This document shows, piece after piece, positions 23,391-34,743 of a stretch of DNA of 64,000 nucleotides. The DNA comes from Pseudovirgaria hyperparasitica (Eukaryota): NCBI GenBank assembly GCA_010093815.1, contig ML996572.1. One strand, given 5' to 3'. The stretch's first letter is position 1; each line of letters opens with the position of its first letter. A model generated the notes under the pieces. That model saw only the letters and a list, made by a program, of their open reading frames with translations, ran no database searches and had not been told where the DNA came from. The position numbers and the translations under genes were made by a program.

Positions 23391-25480
23391 CTCAGACCCT
23401 CGTTAGACACACACAAGGTCCAACACTGGTCTGAGGTGTGGTGTGTGAAATCTTGTGCCGAAGAGGCTGGGGCAGGTGGCAGGATCGAAAGTGTCAGGTC
23501 TGAGAGTCAATTGAAAGTTGTTTGAGCGGCAATAGATAGTGATGGTATACCAGATGCATTGCCAGGTCGTACGGCAGCTTCTTGGGTGTTGCAGTAAGCG
23601 GTGAGAAGGTAGTGGTGGAGAAATGGTGAGAATGAAGCAAGCCTAGCTAGGTGGTGAGCAAGCAGGACTTTTGGAAGGCTAGCCGACGGACGGATCGGGG
23701 ATAGAACAGGAGGAGCAGCAGAGATTTATCAAAAAGGCCGTTGCAAATAAGGCCGAGAGTGGTTCAGTTGCTTGCAAGTGGCAGGGATTGACAGTCGAGT
23801 GTATAGTAGTAGTGGTAGTTGAAGAGTGAGAGTGGGTGACGATATAGGTGTAGGGAAGTGTGTGTTGACTGACACTAAGGAATTTGTTGTTTGACCGACC
23901 AGACCAGGATCCAAGCGTCGGGCGGGAACTTGGGCGGCCCACAATGCACACACAGCTGGTAAGCGGAATCCCTGTCAGCCGTTTTGACGGACGTTGAAAC
24001 TCTTGCGGTCAGGCCGTTGGAGCACGAGGAGAGAAGAGTCAATATCTCAGGTGAGGCAGCACGAGCATATAAGACATGGAAAAGCGGCGCTGTGTGCGGG
24101 TATATTGGAGAATAATAATTATCGCGCGCGACCAGGGGGGAGGGGGGCTGCAGTGTGTGTGTGTATAGTATATTAGTATAATTAGTGTAGAGCAAGCTGG
24201 CACTCACTCTTTGGCTGGCTAGCATACTCCACACTCTCTCCCGGGCAACGGTCCCCCAGCAAATAGAGAGCGCCAAAAAGGTCCCTGACTGTCGCTATTG
24301 GCCTCGCTAAACAGTGGCTGCGTAATAATTGGGTATGGAGTGTGTGATATAGTCAGGGTCGACTTGTCTGTGTGCAATTCGCCAGTCGGGAGTCGGGAGG
24401 AAGCGTGGGGAGGAGGCAATTCTCTCCTATCAGTAATTACTATCGATGAGGTCCAACAGTCTGCTGTTCACTGTGCATATGCAGCATCCATCGATATGCA
24501 GCACGCAGCACACGACACACCAACGACATGTTGACGCTGGCTTGCTCATGTAAACAGAGCACTGTAAACAAACAGACGCGACAGGACGCGTAGGCAGAAA
24601 TGGAGTTGTGATATCACACAAGGTAGTCACCCAACACTCAAGTAATTACCACCAACTCCTGCAGTACAGTACTGCTGGGGTGCGCGAACGACTGATCTGA
24701 CCGCACGTCAACTTGATGCCATCTAATCAGCGTGTCCTGATATCCCATCAAACAAGACAATCCGTTGAACAGTGTCATCTAATTTGCTGAACAGACCAGA
24801 AAAAGGTTTTGTACTAATTTAGAGGACCGCCTCAACTATCTCACGAAATTAAGGGTAACAAGATAAATGCCTAATTGACGAGAAACGTATCTTCAGTGTC
24901 AAAAGATGCACAGCTATTAAAAGTTATAGGATACTGCCCCTAGGGTCGGCATTGCGTCTTGGCACGAGAATTTAATACGCTTACATGATGCACTGTAATG
25001 AACGTAATCAAGGCCTAAGGCATTCATTCTTTCATTCTGGAATCGGAGTTTTAGATATTCCTAGCATCTCCAGAGTCCAGAGTCGTGACAGGTAATTAAT
25101 GCACGGCGTATCAGCACCGAATGGTCTACAGCAGCGACACCCACTCGAAGACCAAGAACGGGGTAATCCTCTGTGTTACTGGCATGTACATTGTTACCAG
25201 CGTCGCTTTCCCAGACCCCTTGCCGTGCTAAAGGCTGGCATTTGGATTAGCACCTGGATTACCTCTCACCACAGCTCCTATCCGCCATCTGCACTTCTCT
25301 ATAAAGTCAAGTGTCATCTCTGTCTTACATAGAACTTTGCTAATTGATTGCGTATAGGACGAGGACACCAAGCAAGAATCTTCCTTCCAAGCACTCTTAT
25401 CCTTTTGTACCAACATCGAACGCTGCGTCTCGCCCTTCTTCAAGAAGCCATCCTTCTAATCATCGCTAGTCGTTTCCATA

Positions 25481-26212
25481 ATGCAGGAGTCTGTCATACA
25501 ATGGCCACTTGGCTTAGACATCAAGGATGTGGCAGGCGCAGGCGTTACGGCAATTGTCGCGCGCCTTGATGCTGTTGTCAAGTTCTTTGGACCGTCGGAG
25601 TCGCGCTTCTTCGAACGGGAGAAGCTCGTCTACCAGCGTCTTGGCCGCGACCACGGTGGCATCATTCGATATTATGGCTTTTTGGAGAATTCCCTAATCT
25701 TGCAGTTTGCGAGCCAAAAATCCATTAGGCAATATTTTACAAAGCAGAAACAGGTCCCACTCTCTGTTAAGATTCGCTGGGTTGAACAACTTTTCGATGC
25801 TGTTCGGTTCATCCATTCAAGAGGCGTGCTCCATGGCGATATATCGTGCAACAATGTTTTCCTCAATGACAATCTCGATGTGAAGCTTGGTGATTTTGCC
25901 GGCTCATCTATTGACGACCTTCCACCACTGATCTGTTATGAGACCACTCACGAACTTCCTGACGAAGACATTTCAACGAGAACTGAACTCTTTGCTCTCG
26001 GGTCTACTGTTTATGAAATCATGACTGGCTCAAAACCATACCGAGATCTACCTGATCACGAGGTATATGCTGCTTTCTCCGAGTGTTGCTACCCTGATCT
26101 CGAATCTATCTCCGCATTCAGGAATACGATTATGAAATGTTGGAGGCAGGATTATGCGACCGTAGAAGAAGCCCTTCGAGATATAAAGCTAGAAGGTACG
26201 GCTAATTCTTGA
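25481..26212 (+). CDS. Small protein kinase-like protein
   Basis: AGAGVTA, VVK, REKLVYQRLG, HGDISCNN, KLGDFAGS and ELFALGSTVYEIMTG..PY..CW. Possible GTACGG donor near 26196; the 3' end is uncertain. Confidence 0.8.
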   Translation: MQESVIQWPLGLDIKDVAGAGVTAIVARLDAVVKFFGPSESRFFEREKLVYQRLGRDHGGIIRYYGFLENSLILQFASQKSIRQYFTKQKQVPLSVKIRWVEQLFDAVRFIHSRGVLHGDISCNNVFLNDNLDVKLGDFAGSSIDDLPPLICYETTHELPDEDISTRTELFALGSTVYEIMTGSKPYRDLPDHEVYAAFSECCYPDLESISAFRNTIMKCWRQDYATVEEALRDIKLEGTANS

Positions 26213-26639
26213 GCGAAGTAACAAAAGCTGATTGTTCGTGCATTCGCCACCATGAAAGAGCTATAAATATTGCGTTTCTACACTCTTCTCCGCCATCAAA
26301 CAGTTTTATTTCCTTTCCTCCTAACCGCTGTTACTTTAGTTCCATTTGTAGGCTGGATAAGGCGCTGGAGGTCACTTTACTGAACAGTGACAGCAGAATC
26401 TATGGCCAACGGCTTCCCTCAGCTTACCGAGCAGGGTAGAGGTGGGCACAACTTGGGAGTCGCGCATTCGGCTCTTAAAAAGGGCTTAGAGTGGTAGCGT
26501 CTTCCGCATCACGAGTCTCCTAAAATTCTATGAAACTTGGTACCTCTCTCTTCTCGCCGCCGCTCTGAACGCCTGAACAGTATTAATTCGAATTCGAGCT
26601 GCGATCTAAATCTACGATGGATCACGGGATTATTGGCCA

Positions 26640-26830
26640 ATAGCTATTCAGAAACTATCTTCTAAATATAGTATTATTTAAAGAAGATAGAGAAGGTATA
26701 CTTATCAAGTATTTTAAGATTAAAGACTAGAAATATATATAGATATATACTTAATTTATATAGTTTATTAGTAGGGTGGCTTATTAGTAGGTATACTAAC
26801 GTATATCTAGTAAGTAAATAGAGAGTACCG
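26640..26830. other. AT-rich, TpA-rich patch; possible RIP-degraded repeat relic
   Basis: tatatatagatatatacttaatttatatagtttattagtag; CpA/TpG are visibly scarce relative to the flanks. Confidence 0.5.
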
Positions 26831-27220
26831 GAACGCTCTACATTCATAGCTGACTGACGCCTGCGGGGGGAGCTGACTTGGACAAATGACGTCGGATCCC
26901 AGCAGAATCAAGGCCGTTAGCCCAGTTGTACGCAGCCGGTACCCGAAATACCCAGTCTAATCCCCGGTAGCCGGTAGCTGGGGGGGGGGGGGGGGTAATT
27001 AGCCGACAGCAGCAGTAAGTGAATTATCTCGGTGTTGTTTGTTATTGTGCAGCCTGAGCTGTCCTCCATCACTCACTAATTACTCACTATACCAGTTTAT
27101 AGCTGCTTCTGAACGTCTGCCTGATGCATTCACTTACATGATGGAGCCTCAACCCATGATTCAGACCATGTAAGCACGTGGTGTGAGCACGCGTGCACTG
27201 ACTGCTTCGGCTTGCACTTC

Positions 27221-29193
27221 ATGTCGTCTCTTCACCGCCAACACCTAGTCCACAATGATCAACAACACCACTTCCAATTACATCCAATCCCACCACTCTA
27301 CTCCCCTTCCACCCAACACAGGCATGCAGACATCACTCCCCCGTACAACGAGGCTCCCATGTCTGGCACCTTTGCTTCCTCGCTCGATGAGGATGCGCTG
27401 AACAGACGCACCCTCTGGAAGCTCGACATCATCCTACTACCTTTCTTGTCCCTGCTCTTTCTACTCAACTCGCTGGATAGATCAAATGTAAGCCTCTCCG
27501 GCTTCTTGCTATCACATCGCTTGACATCTCCCATCTAGATTGGCAATGCAGAGACTGCTCATTTCACCACCGATGTCGGCTTGGAGAAGAAGGACCTCAA
27601 CACCGCCGTAGCCCTGTTCTTCGCCTTCTTCGTCACCCTACAACCCATAGGTGCTGCACTGGGCCGTCGCTTTGGCATGCCCATATGGGTCCCTATAACC
27701 ATGTCGCTATGGGGAGTGTGCACAGCTTTGCACGTCTGGGTCCGCTCAAAGTGGCAGCTATACACCTTGCGCATAATCATCGGCATACTTGAAGGTACGG
27801 ACTCACAGAAACAGACCTGCGTTTGTTCGGAAGCTAATATTATTCCGCAGCTGGATTTTACCCGACCACCGTCTCATATCTCTCCCTCTTCTACACCCGC
27901 TATGAGTTTGGACGCCGACTGGCTCTCTTCTATGGCCAGTACGCAGTCGCTGGTGCCGTGGGAGGCCTGCTCTCCTTCTTCGTCTTCTCCCACTTCGGGG
28001 GCCAGCCGGATTCTGATGGTCCAGCTGGCATAAGCAAAGACGGTTGGGAGTCATGGCAGGTCCTCTTCCTCCTAGAAGGCTGTGGGACGATTGTCGTGGC
28101 TCTCATTGGCTTCTTTTGGCTTCCCAAATCAGCAGGCTCGGCGTGGTTCCTCAGCCACGAAGAGCGCAAATGGGCAGATACTAGGATACAACGTGATAGA
28201 GATGACGTCGAGCACAATGAAGACATGAAACCACGCAGCGACGAAGAGGGTCCGGAAGATGAGGCCGATGAGCCCCATGCACACCATCACGCGTCTGAAT
28301 CTCGCGGTCTACTGTCCTCTACACAGTCCCTGGCCCGGTCGCAGATGTTGACCGACTCCCGCGGTATAACAGCTCACGACGTGCTCAGTTCCATCTCCAG
28401 TCCAAAAGTATACCACCTACTCCTCTGCAACATCCTATCCTCCATCCCAGTCACCTCCTTTTCCGTCTTCCTCCCACTCGTCCTAGCCCCCTTTTCACCA
28501 CACCCCTCAACCGCAAACCTCCTCACCGTCCCGCCCTACATCTGTGGCGCCGTCACCCTCTACGCATTCACAATGTGGTCCGACCGCCGCCGCGAACGCC
28601 TCCTCCCCATCCTCACCAGCCTAATCCTCCTCCTCGCCGGCCTCCTCGCCGTAACCACAATGCCAGCCACAAAACAATGGGTCATACCCCGCTACATCTC
28701 CCTCTGCATCCTGCTCTGCGGCACCTTCATCGCCTCACCCCTGACCGTTGCCTGGATCTCCGGCAACACCCCATCTCCCGGTAAACGCGCCCTCATGCTC
28801 GGCATCAACGGCTGGGGCAATCTCGCCGGCATCTTCGGCACTTTGATCTTCGCCCCGCGCTATGGGCCCTCGTATACCACTAGCTTCTGGTTCGCGACTG
28901 TCTGTGTCGCTGTTGCCGCGGCTGGCTATGCCTCTTTTCGCGTCTTGCTGGTGCGTGAGAATGCGCGGAGGGTGGCGTGGGTGCATGCTGCCGAGGCTGA
29001 TGATGTGGCTGCTGAGGAGGCGGAGGGGCGTGGTGGTGGGGATGGTGGTGGTGGTAAGGATGGGATGCTCCTGGATGTGGCTGCGTGGGTGGTGGAGAGA
29101 GTCGGGTGGAAGGGTGCGAGGAGGTGGATTGATAGCGTGCGTGAGGATGGCAGAGAGGGCGATGAGCGCTGGACGTTTGTGTATGGTCTTTGA
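27221..29193 (+). CDS. MFS transporter, allantoate/anion:cation symporter (Dal5-like) family
   Basis: LWKLDIILLPFLSLLFLLNSLDRSN|IGNA, GILE|AGFYP, YTRYEFGRRLALFY, WQVLFLLEG and WSDRRRER. Introns at about 27488-27538 and 27795-27850. The start could be ATG 27221 or 27360. Confidence 0.9.
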
Positions 29194-29333
29194 TGCTCAA
29201 GGGGTTGTGTTGCATGGTGTATCTGTGGGAGTGTCGCGTTGATAGCTAGAGAGAAACACACAGACGACCATTCGCTACATATAAAGATTCAACTCAGCAC
29301 ACAAGCATCCTCACAACCTCAAGCCCCCACCTC

Positions 29334-30987
29334 CTACGTCCTCCCCACCCCAACCATCCCCCTCCTCCTCTTCCCTCGCACATCCCTCCCCTCCCCAATC
29401 CGCAGCACAGCCTCCCTCTTCATCTCCCCCACAACCTTCAACCCCTCCCTCACCACCCTCCCCTCAACACTCACCCCCTCCTCCACAAACTCCTCCATCT
29501 CCCTGCCCACCCTCTCCTCAATCGCCAACACAAGCTCCACATCCCGCTGCCCCACAAACGTAACACACAACCCCTCCCTCCCCGCACGCGCCGTGCGCCC
29601 AACCCGATGAATATAATCCACTGGGTCGCGCGGAACATCATAGTTGATGACGAGCGCGACGTCTGGGATATCGAGGCCGCGGGCAGCGACGTCGGTGGCG
29701 ACGAGGATGCGCGCTGCGCGGGCGCGGAAGCGTGCGAGGTTGGCGGTGCGGGTGGGTTGCGGGAGGGCGGAGTGCAGGGCTGTGACGCGGTGGGCGAGGA
29801 GGCGGAGGGTGTGTTCTAGTAGAGTTGCGGTTGCGGTGCGGTTGACGAAGATGATTGTTGGTTTGGGGGTGTTTGCGGGGGTGGAGAGGAGGATGTGGAG
29901 GTGGGCTTCGCGGTGGGTGGTGGGGACTTTGAGGTATGTTTGGGTGAGGGAGTCGGGGATGGCGAGGGCGGAGGAGGAGGAAGAGGAGGGGTCGGAGTCG
30001 AGTTCGCAGATGAAGAGGGGGGGGCGGGATGAGGGGCGGGGGATGTTTTTTAGGGCGCGGACTTCGGGGGTGACGGTTGCGGTGAAGAGGCAGGTTTGGC
30101 GGGCGGTGCTGGGGGGCAGGACGGCGAGGCAGGTTTCGACGTCGGGGAGCATGCTGCCGGGGCCGGAGGCGAGGAGGCGGTCTGCTTCGTCGAGGACGAC
30201 GATGCGGACGCGGCGGAGGCCGCAGATGGTGTCTTCGCCGGAGGTGGTGATGTGGTCTGCGAGACGGCCGGGGGTGGCGATGACGACGTGTGGGCGTGCT
30301 GCGAGCTCGAGGGCCTGCTTGGGCATGTCGGAGCCGCCGGTGATGAGGATGGGTTTTAGGGACTGCGGTGCGGAGATGGCTTTGAATTGCTCGAAGATCT
30401 GGAGGGCGAGTTCTCTTTTATGGAGGGTTAGTTGTTTGGATTTTGTCGGGCTTTGGTGGGCGCACTCACCTTGTTGGCGTCAGGACAACGGCAAATATGC
30501 CGATTGGGTCGCGTGCCCATTGCTGGAGGATGGGCACTGCGAATGCTACTGTTTTTCCGGAACCTGTTCTGCTTCCCCCGATACAGTCTCTTCCCTTGAG
30601 GATCTCGGGGATACATCCTCGCTGGATTCCAGTCGGTCTTCGTATAGCCATGTTGGCCAGTGAAGAGACGAGCCATGGGTCAACATTCAGACTGGCGAAG
30701 TCGCCCTTAGTGTTGTGGGCGATGGACGTCTCGGTCAGCGTTCCATCTGATGGCTTTGAGATAGCGGCGTGCTTCTTGGGCTGGATGCGAGATGCCGTGG
30801 TTGAGGGATGTAATTCTTTGGCTGGACCTGCCGAGGCCATGCCCTCCTGATCGGTAGTATCCTCAGCATTGAGTGAAACACGTCTTCGTTTCCTAGATCC
30901 CTTTTGCGCAGTCTCTAAATCGGAATCGTAGTCGGACTCATTCTCTTCGCTGGCGACAGGTGACGCCACGAAAGTGCGGCTCGTCAT
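29334..30987 (-). CDS. DBP8: DEAD-box RNA helicase Dbp8 (18S rRNA biogenesis)
   Basis: Q motif (PTGIQ), [18 protein letters not shown] across intron 30415-30469, [26 protein letters not shown] and [30 protein letters not shown] is typical of Dbp8/DDX49. Confidence 0.9.
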
Positions 30988-31134
30988 TTGCGTTCTGTGA
31001 CGGGCTAAAGGTGATCAGAGCTGATAGAGACAGGTTTGTTATGGTGAAAGTAATGGTGTCAGTGTCGGTTTGAACGCCCACAATGCCCTGGCTATCTCTT
31101 TGCTATGCAGCGAAGTTGAGACAAAGTTTGTGAT

Positions 31135-31204
31135 AAAATTTTAGTGGGTCGGCAAGCTGCATTAACTCCGAAAGCCGGGGTTAGCGCGATACACGCGACG
31201 CGTC
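31135..31204. promoter_or_regulatory. Bidirectional DBP8/NSE3 promoter with RRPE-like AAAATTTT and tandem MCB-like ACGCGA-CGCGT
   Basis: AAAATTTT at 31135-31142 and acacgcgacgcgtct at about 31191-31205, within a ~290-bp divergent gap. Confidence 0.45.
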
Positions 31205-31276
31205 TAGCCAGACTGAACAGTAGCAGTCCTCGAGGTAAAGGTAGAGGGGTCGACAACACCACTGCCCCTCACTGTC

Positions 31277-32255
31277 ATGGCACCAAAAAGACGCGCAGTA
31301 CGTACTTGTCATTCTTGCTAGACGTGAGATCCGGCTGACGCTTGTCCAGGAGCGCGAGGAACCGGAATCCGACGAAGATGGAGCGCAAGACGGCGACACA
31401 CAAAACGATGACGATGCCCACCGACAGATGGTCAAGAAATTTGTGCGCTTAGCGATATCGTCAGAGTATTCCAGAACGCCTATACGGCGCCAGGACGTCT
31501 CGCAGAAAGGTTTGCGCCGCATCAAGGTATCTGATGACACAGCTAACAGATAGATGCTTAGTACTCGGACCGGATAAAAGGCAGTTCAAGGCCGTCTTCG
31601 AAGCAGCCCAAGAAGCCCTACGACGGACATTCGGCATGGAGATGGTGGAGTTACCACAGAGAGAAAAGGTCACCGTACGCGAGCGGAAAGGTCAGTCATT
31701 ATGTCGTGTAGAAGCCATGTCTTGCTGACTTTACTAGCTGAGGCATCGCGAGAGAAGAATACTGCCACTTCAACCAATATCTGGGTGCTCGCAAGTGTGC
31801 TTCCGCAAGAGTTCAAGGTACCAGAGGCCATACGACCACCGAGGGTCCCGACACACGAAACAGAGAGTGCCTACATCGGCCTGTACAGTTTTGTGATAGC
31901 CACAATACTCCTCTCTGGTGGCACAATCTCGGAGACCAGGCTACTTGCATATTTGAAGAAGGTCGACGCGGATCAGACTACCCCAATCGACCAGACCGAC
32001 AAGCTCCTCAAAAGACTTCACCGGGAGCAATACATTGTGGAGATTAAGGATAGTGAAAACGAGATTGAATATAGGGTCGGGCCTCGAGGCAAGGTCGAGG
32101 TTGGCAAGACTGGTGTCGCAGCGCTTGTGAGGACCGTTTACGGAGAAAATGCACCCGACGACCTGGAATTGCGCCTTCAGAGGACTCTAGATTTGAGCAA
32201 TCAAGGCCCACATACCAGGATAGAAGACGGTGATACAGAAATGAATGAGCAATGA
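31277..32255 (+). CDS. NSE3: MAGE-domain Smc5/6 subunit Nse3
   Basis: MAPKRRA|..QMVKKFVRLAISSEYSRTPIRRQDVSQK|VLG..FEAAQEALRRTFGMEMVELP..WVLASVLP..YRVGPRGKVEVG, with three short introns. Confidence 0.85.
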
Positions 32256-32531
32256 TTAATCCCGTGTGTGTTTGATGAATGATTATGAACAACTTTGTGT
32301 TATTGGTATTGTCTGGGACTATGGTAGTTCAGGCATCATCAGGCTTTTGCCTGATGAACCCTGCACTATCTAAAGTGCAGCTAGCGCGGCGACGCGCATC
32401 CAATTGCACTCCGATTGCAACGGCGGCAGCATTCTTCATTCTTCATCTTGACGCCGTCGCTGAATGCGCCATTCCCAGAACTCGAGACACGAGCGTAAAG
32501 TTCTGGACAACTCATCTGTGACTGGCCTACA

Positions 32532-34613
32532 ATGTCTTCTAATCCCGCAAACCTCCTGAACCCTACGCTCAAAAGTGAACCATCACAGCAGTCCTCAGAC
32601 ACGGACGGAACGCGACACAACAACGCGCCAGACGCCGAAGTGAACAACACAGCATACGATGCCGCAGACGCTCTCGCTAGCAATTCACAGCCGGGCAGTG
32701 ATGTCGCTCACACCAGCTCGTCAAGCGTGCAGATAGCTGCTAATAATGACTCCCCGTTTGGTCGAGCTGCCTTCCACAATCCATCACCTCTGCATCCAAC
32801 GAGTGCAGTAGATACACTGCGAGAACCAGGCTACGACCGCGACGAAGTCCTGTCAGCACAAACACGCTTGCCCTCACCGCTCACCAACAACCCTGACATT
32901 TCACTACAGCCTGAGATTTCAGGCTGTTTGACGCCCACAAAGATCAAACCTGAACCTTCCAGAGATGACACGCCTACTATAGCAGACGACGAAACCCTGC
33001 GGACAGTCACAGATCTACACAACGAGCACGGTCTAAGAGTTGGGAATAAGGATACCCCGACTACAATACCAGACACAAAGCCAGCCATGGCTTCCGCAAC
33101 TTCCAAGAAACGACCGAAGTCGTCCAAGAAAGGACCTGGCAAGAGACCGTCAAAGAAGCAGAAACTCGATGTTGACGGCGCCGGTACGAACAACATCCCT
33201 CTCAGCCGTTCAGCGACGCCGTCCCGGGGATTCAAGGGTGCCGCAGCCAAAAGCAACAAGACCTCTCAGGCTGGAACACCTGCCGGGGCTTCACCAGCAT
33301 CGTACTCGAACCAGCTCTCGTCCGACGTAGACGCATCCGACACGACGGAGGACGACTTAATATACTGCATATGTCGCGGCAAAGATGACCACACATGGAT
33401 GGTCGGCTGCGAAGCATGCGACGAGTGGTTCCACAGCCGCTGCGTCGAACTACGGAAAGAAGACCACGAACTCCTCCTGTACAAATTCACTTGTCCCGCC
33501 TGCGAAGCCGAAGGCAAAGGTCACACCATCTGGAAGCCCATGTGTCGACGCGAGGGTTGTAAGCGGCCCGCATATGAAAACGAGAAGGGGGAGCGGAGCA
33601 AGTACTGCTCGGAAGCGTGCGGTATCGAGTTCTTCAGCAACGTTGTCCGCGCCGTGAGCAGACTGCACGCCCCAAACACAGCGACGCAGAAGAAACGTGC
33701 CTTGGCAGCCAAGCGCAAGGGCAACGCGACAGATGCACTCGATTTCGACCTCGACAACTCAGACGACGAATACGAAGCTCCACCGCGGGGAGGCGTCATA
33801 CGCGCCCGCGATCTCAAAGCCCTAGTCACCTCCGTCCCAGACATATCCGAGTTCCAGCGCCTGGGCTCCGGCATCCTGTCTCCTCCAGCCACACCATCAG
33901 GTGCCATGAACGACGCCAACGGAAAGGGAACTTCCGAAACAACAACAACCTACCCGCTCACCGCCCACGAGTCCACAAGAGTATCCGAACTGCGCAGACA
34001 GCAAGCCAAGCTCACCAACGAATCCTCCCGCCTCAAAGACCGCGAAAAGTTCATCTCCATGATCCGCGAGCGCGCAAATCAGTGGGCCGAAGGCGAGGGC
34101 ATCAAGACCAAAACCCAGATCTGTGGCTGGGACACGAGGCTGCGCTGGAACGAGGCAGAATTCGAGTTGTGGCGGAATAACGCGTATGGAAGGGCATGTC
34201 TGGATGGTAATACATGGGATCCCTCCGCCGAGGACTTGGAACGGGCTCGCGTTGCTCATGCGGCAGCTGTCAAGGTTGATCATCATGGAGATGTCGATAT
34301 GACTGACGATGACGGGGCTAAGCCTGCGGATTCGCTATCTCAGGAATACTCTGAACCAATGGACGAGTCGGCGTGGTGTCACAAGAAGCAGTGCACGCTT
34401 CATCGCGGTTGGCAGAAGCTGCACACGCACGAACTCAGATTCGAGCAAGGCGAGATTGCACAAGGTAGGAAGATTCTTGCGAATGAGGAAAAGGAAATCA
34501 GGGAGCGTGCTATGGTGCGTTGGCGCAGGGATAAGGTGGGCGAGGGGTTGGATCGTGAGAGCAGTACCACTGAAAAGAGGAACCGTGAGGGATGGGCAGA
34601 AGTCGTGGGATAG
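32532..34613 (+). CDS. SPP1: COMPASS/Set1C PHD-finger subunit Spp1
   Basis: PHD finger YCICRGKDDHTWMVGCEACDEWFHSRCV...CPAC; CRREGCKRPA..SKYCSEACG; ICGWDTRL; C..KQC..HRGW. Confidence 0.88.
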   Translation: MSSNPANLLNPTLKSEPSQQSSDTDGTRHNNAPDAEVNNTAYDAADALASNSQPGSDVAHTSSSSVQIAANNDSPFGRAAFHNPSPLHPTSAVDTLREPGYDRDEVLSAQTRLPSPLTNNPDISLQPEISGCLTPTKIKPEPSRDDTPTIADDETLRTVTDLHNEHGLRVGNKDTPTTIPDTKPAMASATSKKRPKSSKKGPGKRPSKKQKLDVDGAGTNNIPLSRSATPSRGFKGAAAKSNKTSQAGTPAGASPASYSNQLSSDVDASDTTEDDLIYCICRGKDDHTWMVGCEACDEWFHSRCVELRKEDHELLLYKFTCPACEAEGKGHTIWKPMCRREGCKRPAYENEKGERSKYCSEACGIEFFSNVVRAVSRLHAPNTATQKKRALAAKRKGNATDALDFDLDNSDDEYEAPPRGGVIRARDLKALVTSVPDISEFQRLGSGILSPPATPSGAMNDANGKGTSETTTTYPLTAHESTRVSELRRQQAKLTNESSRLKDREKFISMIRERANQWAEGEGIKTKTQICGWDTRLRWNEAEFELWRNNAYGRACLDGNTWDPSAEDLERARVAHAAAVKVDHHGDVDMTDDDGAKPADSLSQEYSEPMDESAWCHKKQCTLHRGWQKLHTHELRFEQGEIAQGRKILANEEKEIRERAMVRWRRDKVGEGLDRESSTTEKRNREGWAEVVG

Positions 34614-34743
34614 TGATTCATTCTGGCATTGGGTTATAGCTATTGCCTCATGGAATGCATTGGTCTATCGGGCTTGCCATTTTGTGACATTGCAAGATTT
34701 TCATTCTATCTTTTTGTGACTCCATACCGAGCCCTGCACCAAA

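Noticed and set aside
24661..24675. Palindrome GCAGTAC-A-GTACTGC containing TACAGTA (Tc1/mariner footprint-like)
   Set aside because: Too short to distinguish from chance without an empty-site comparison.
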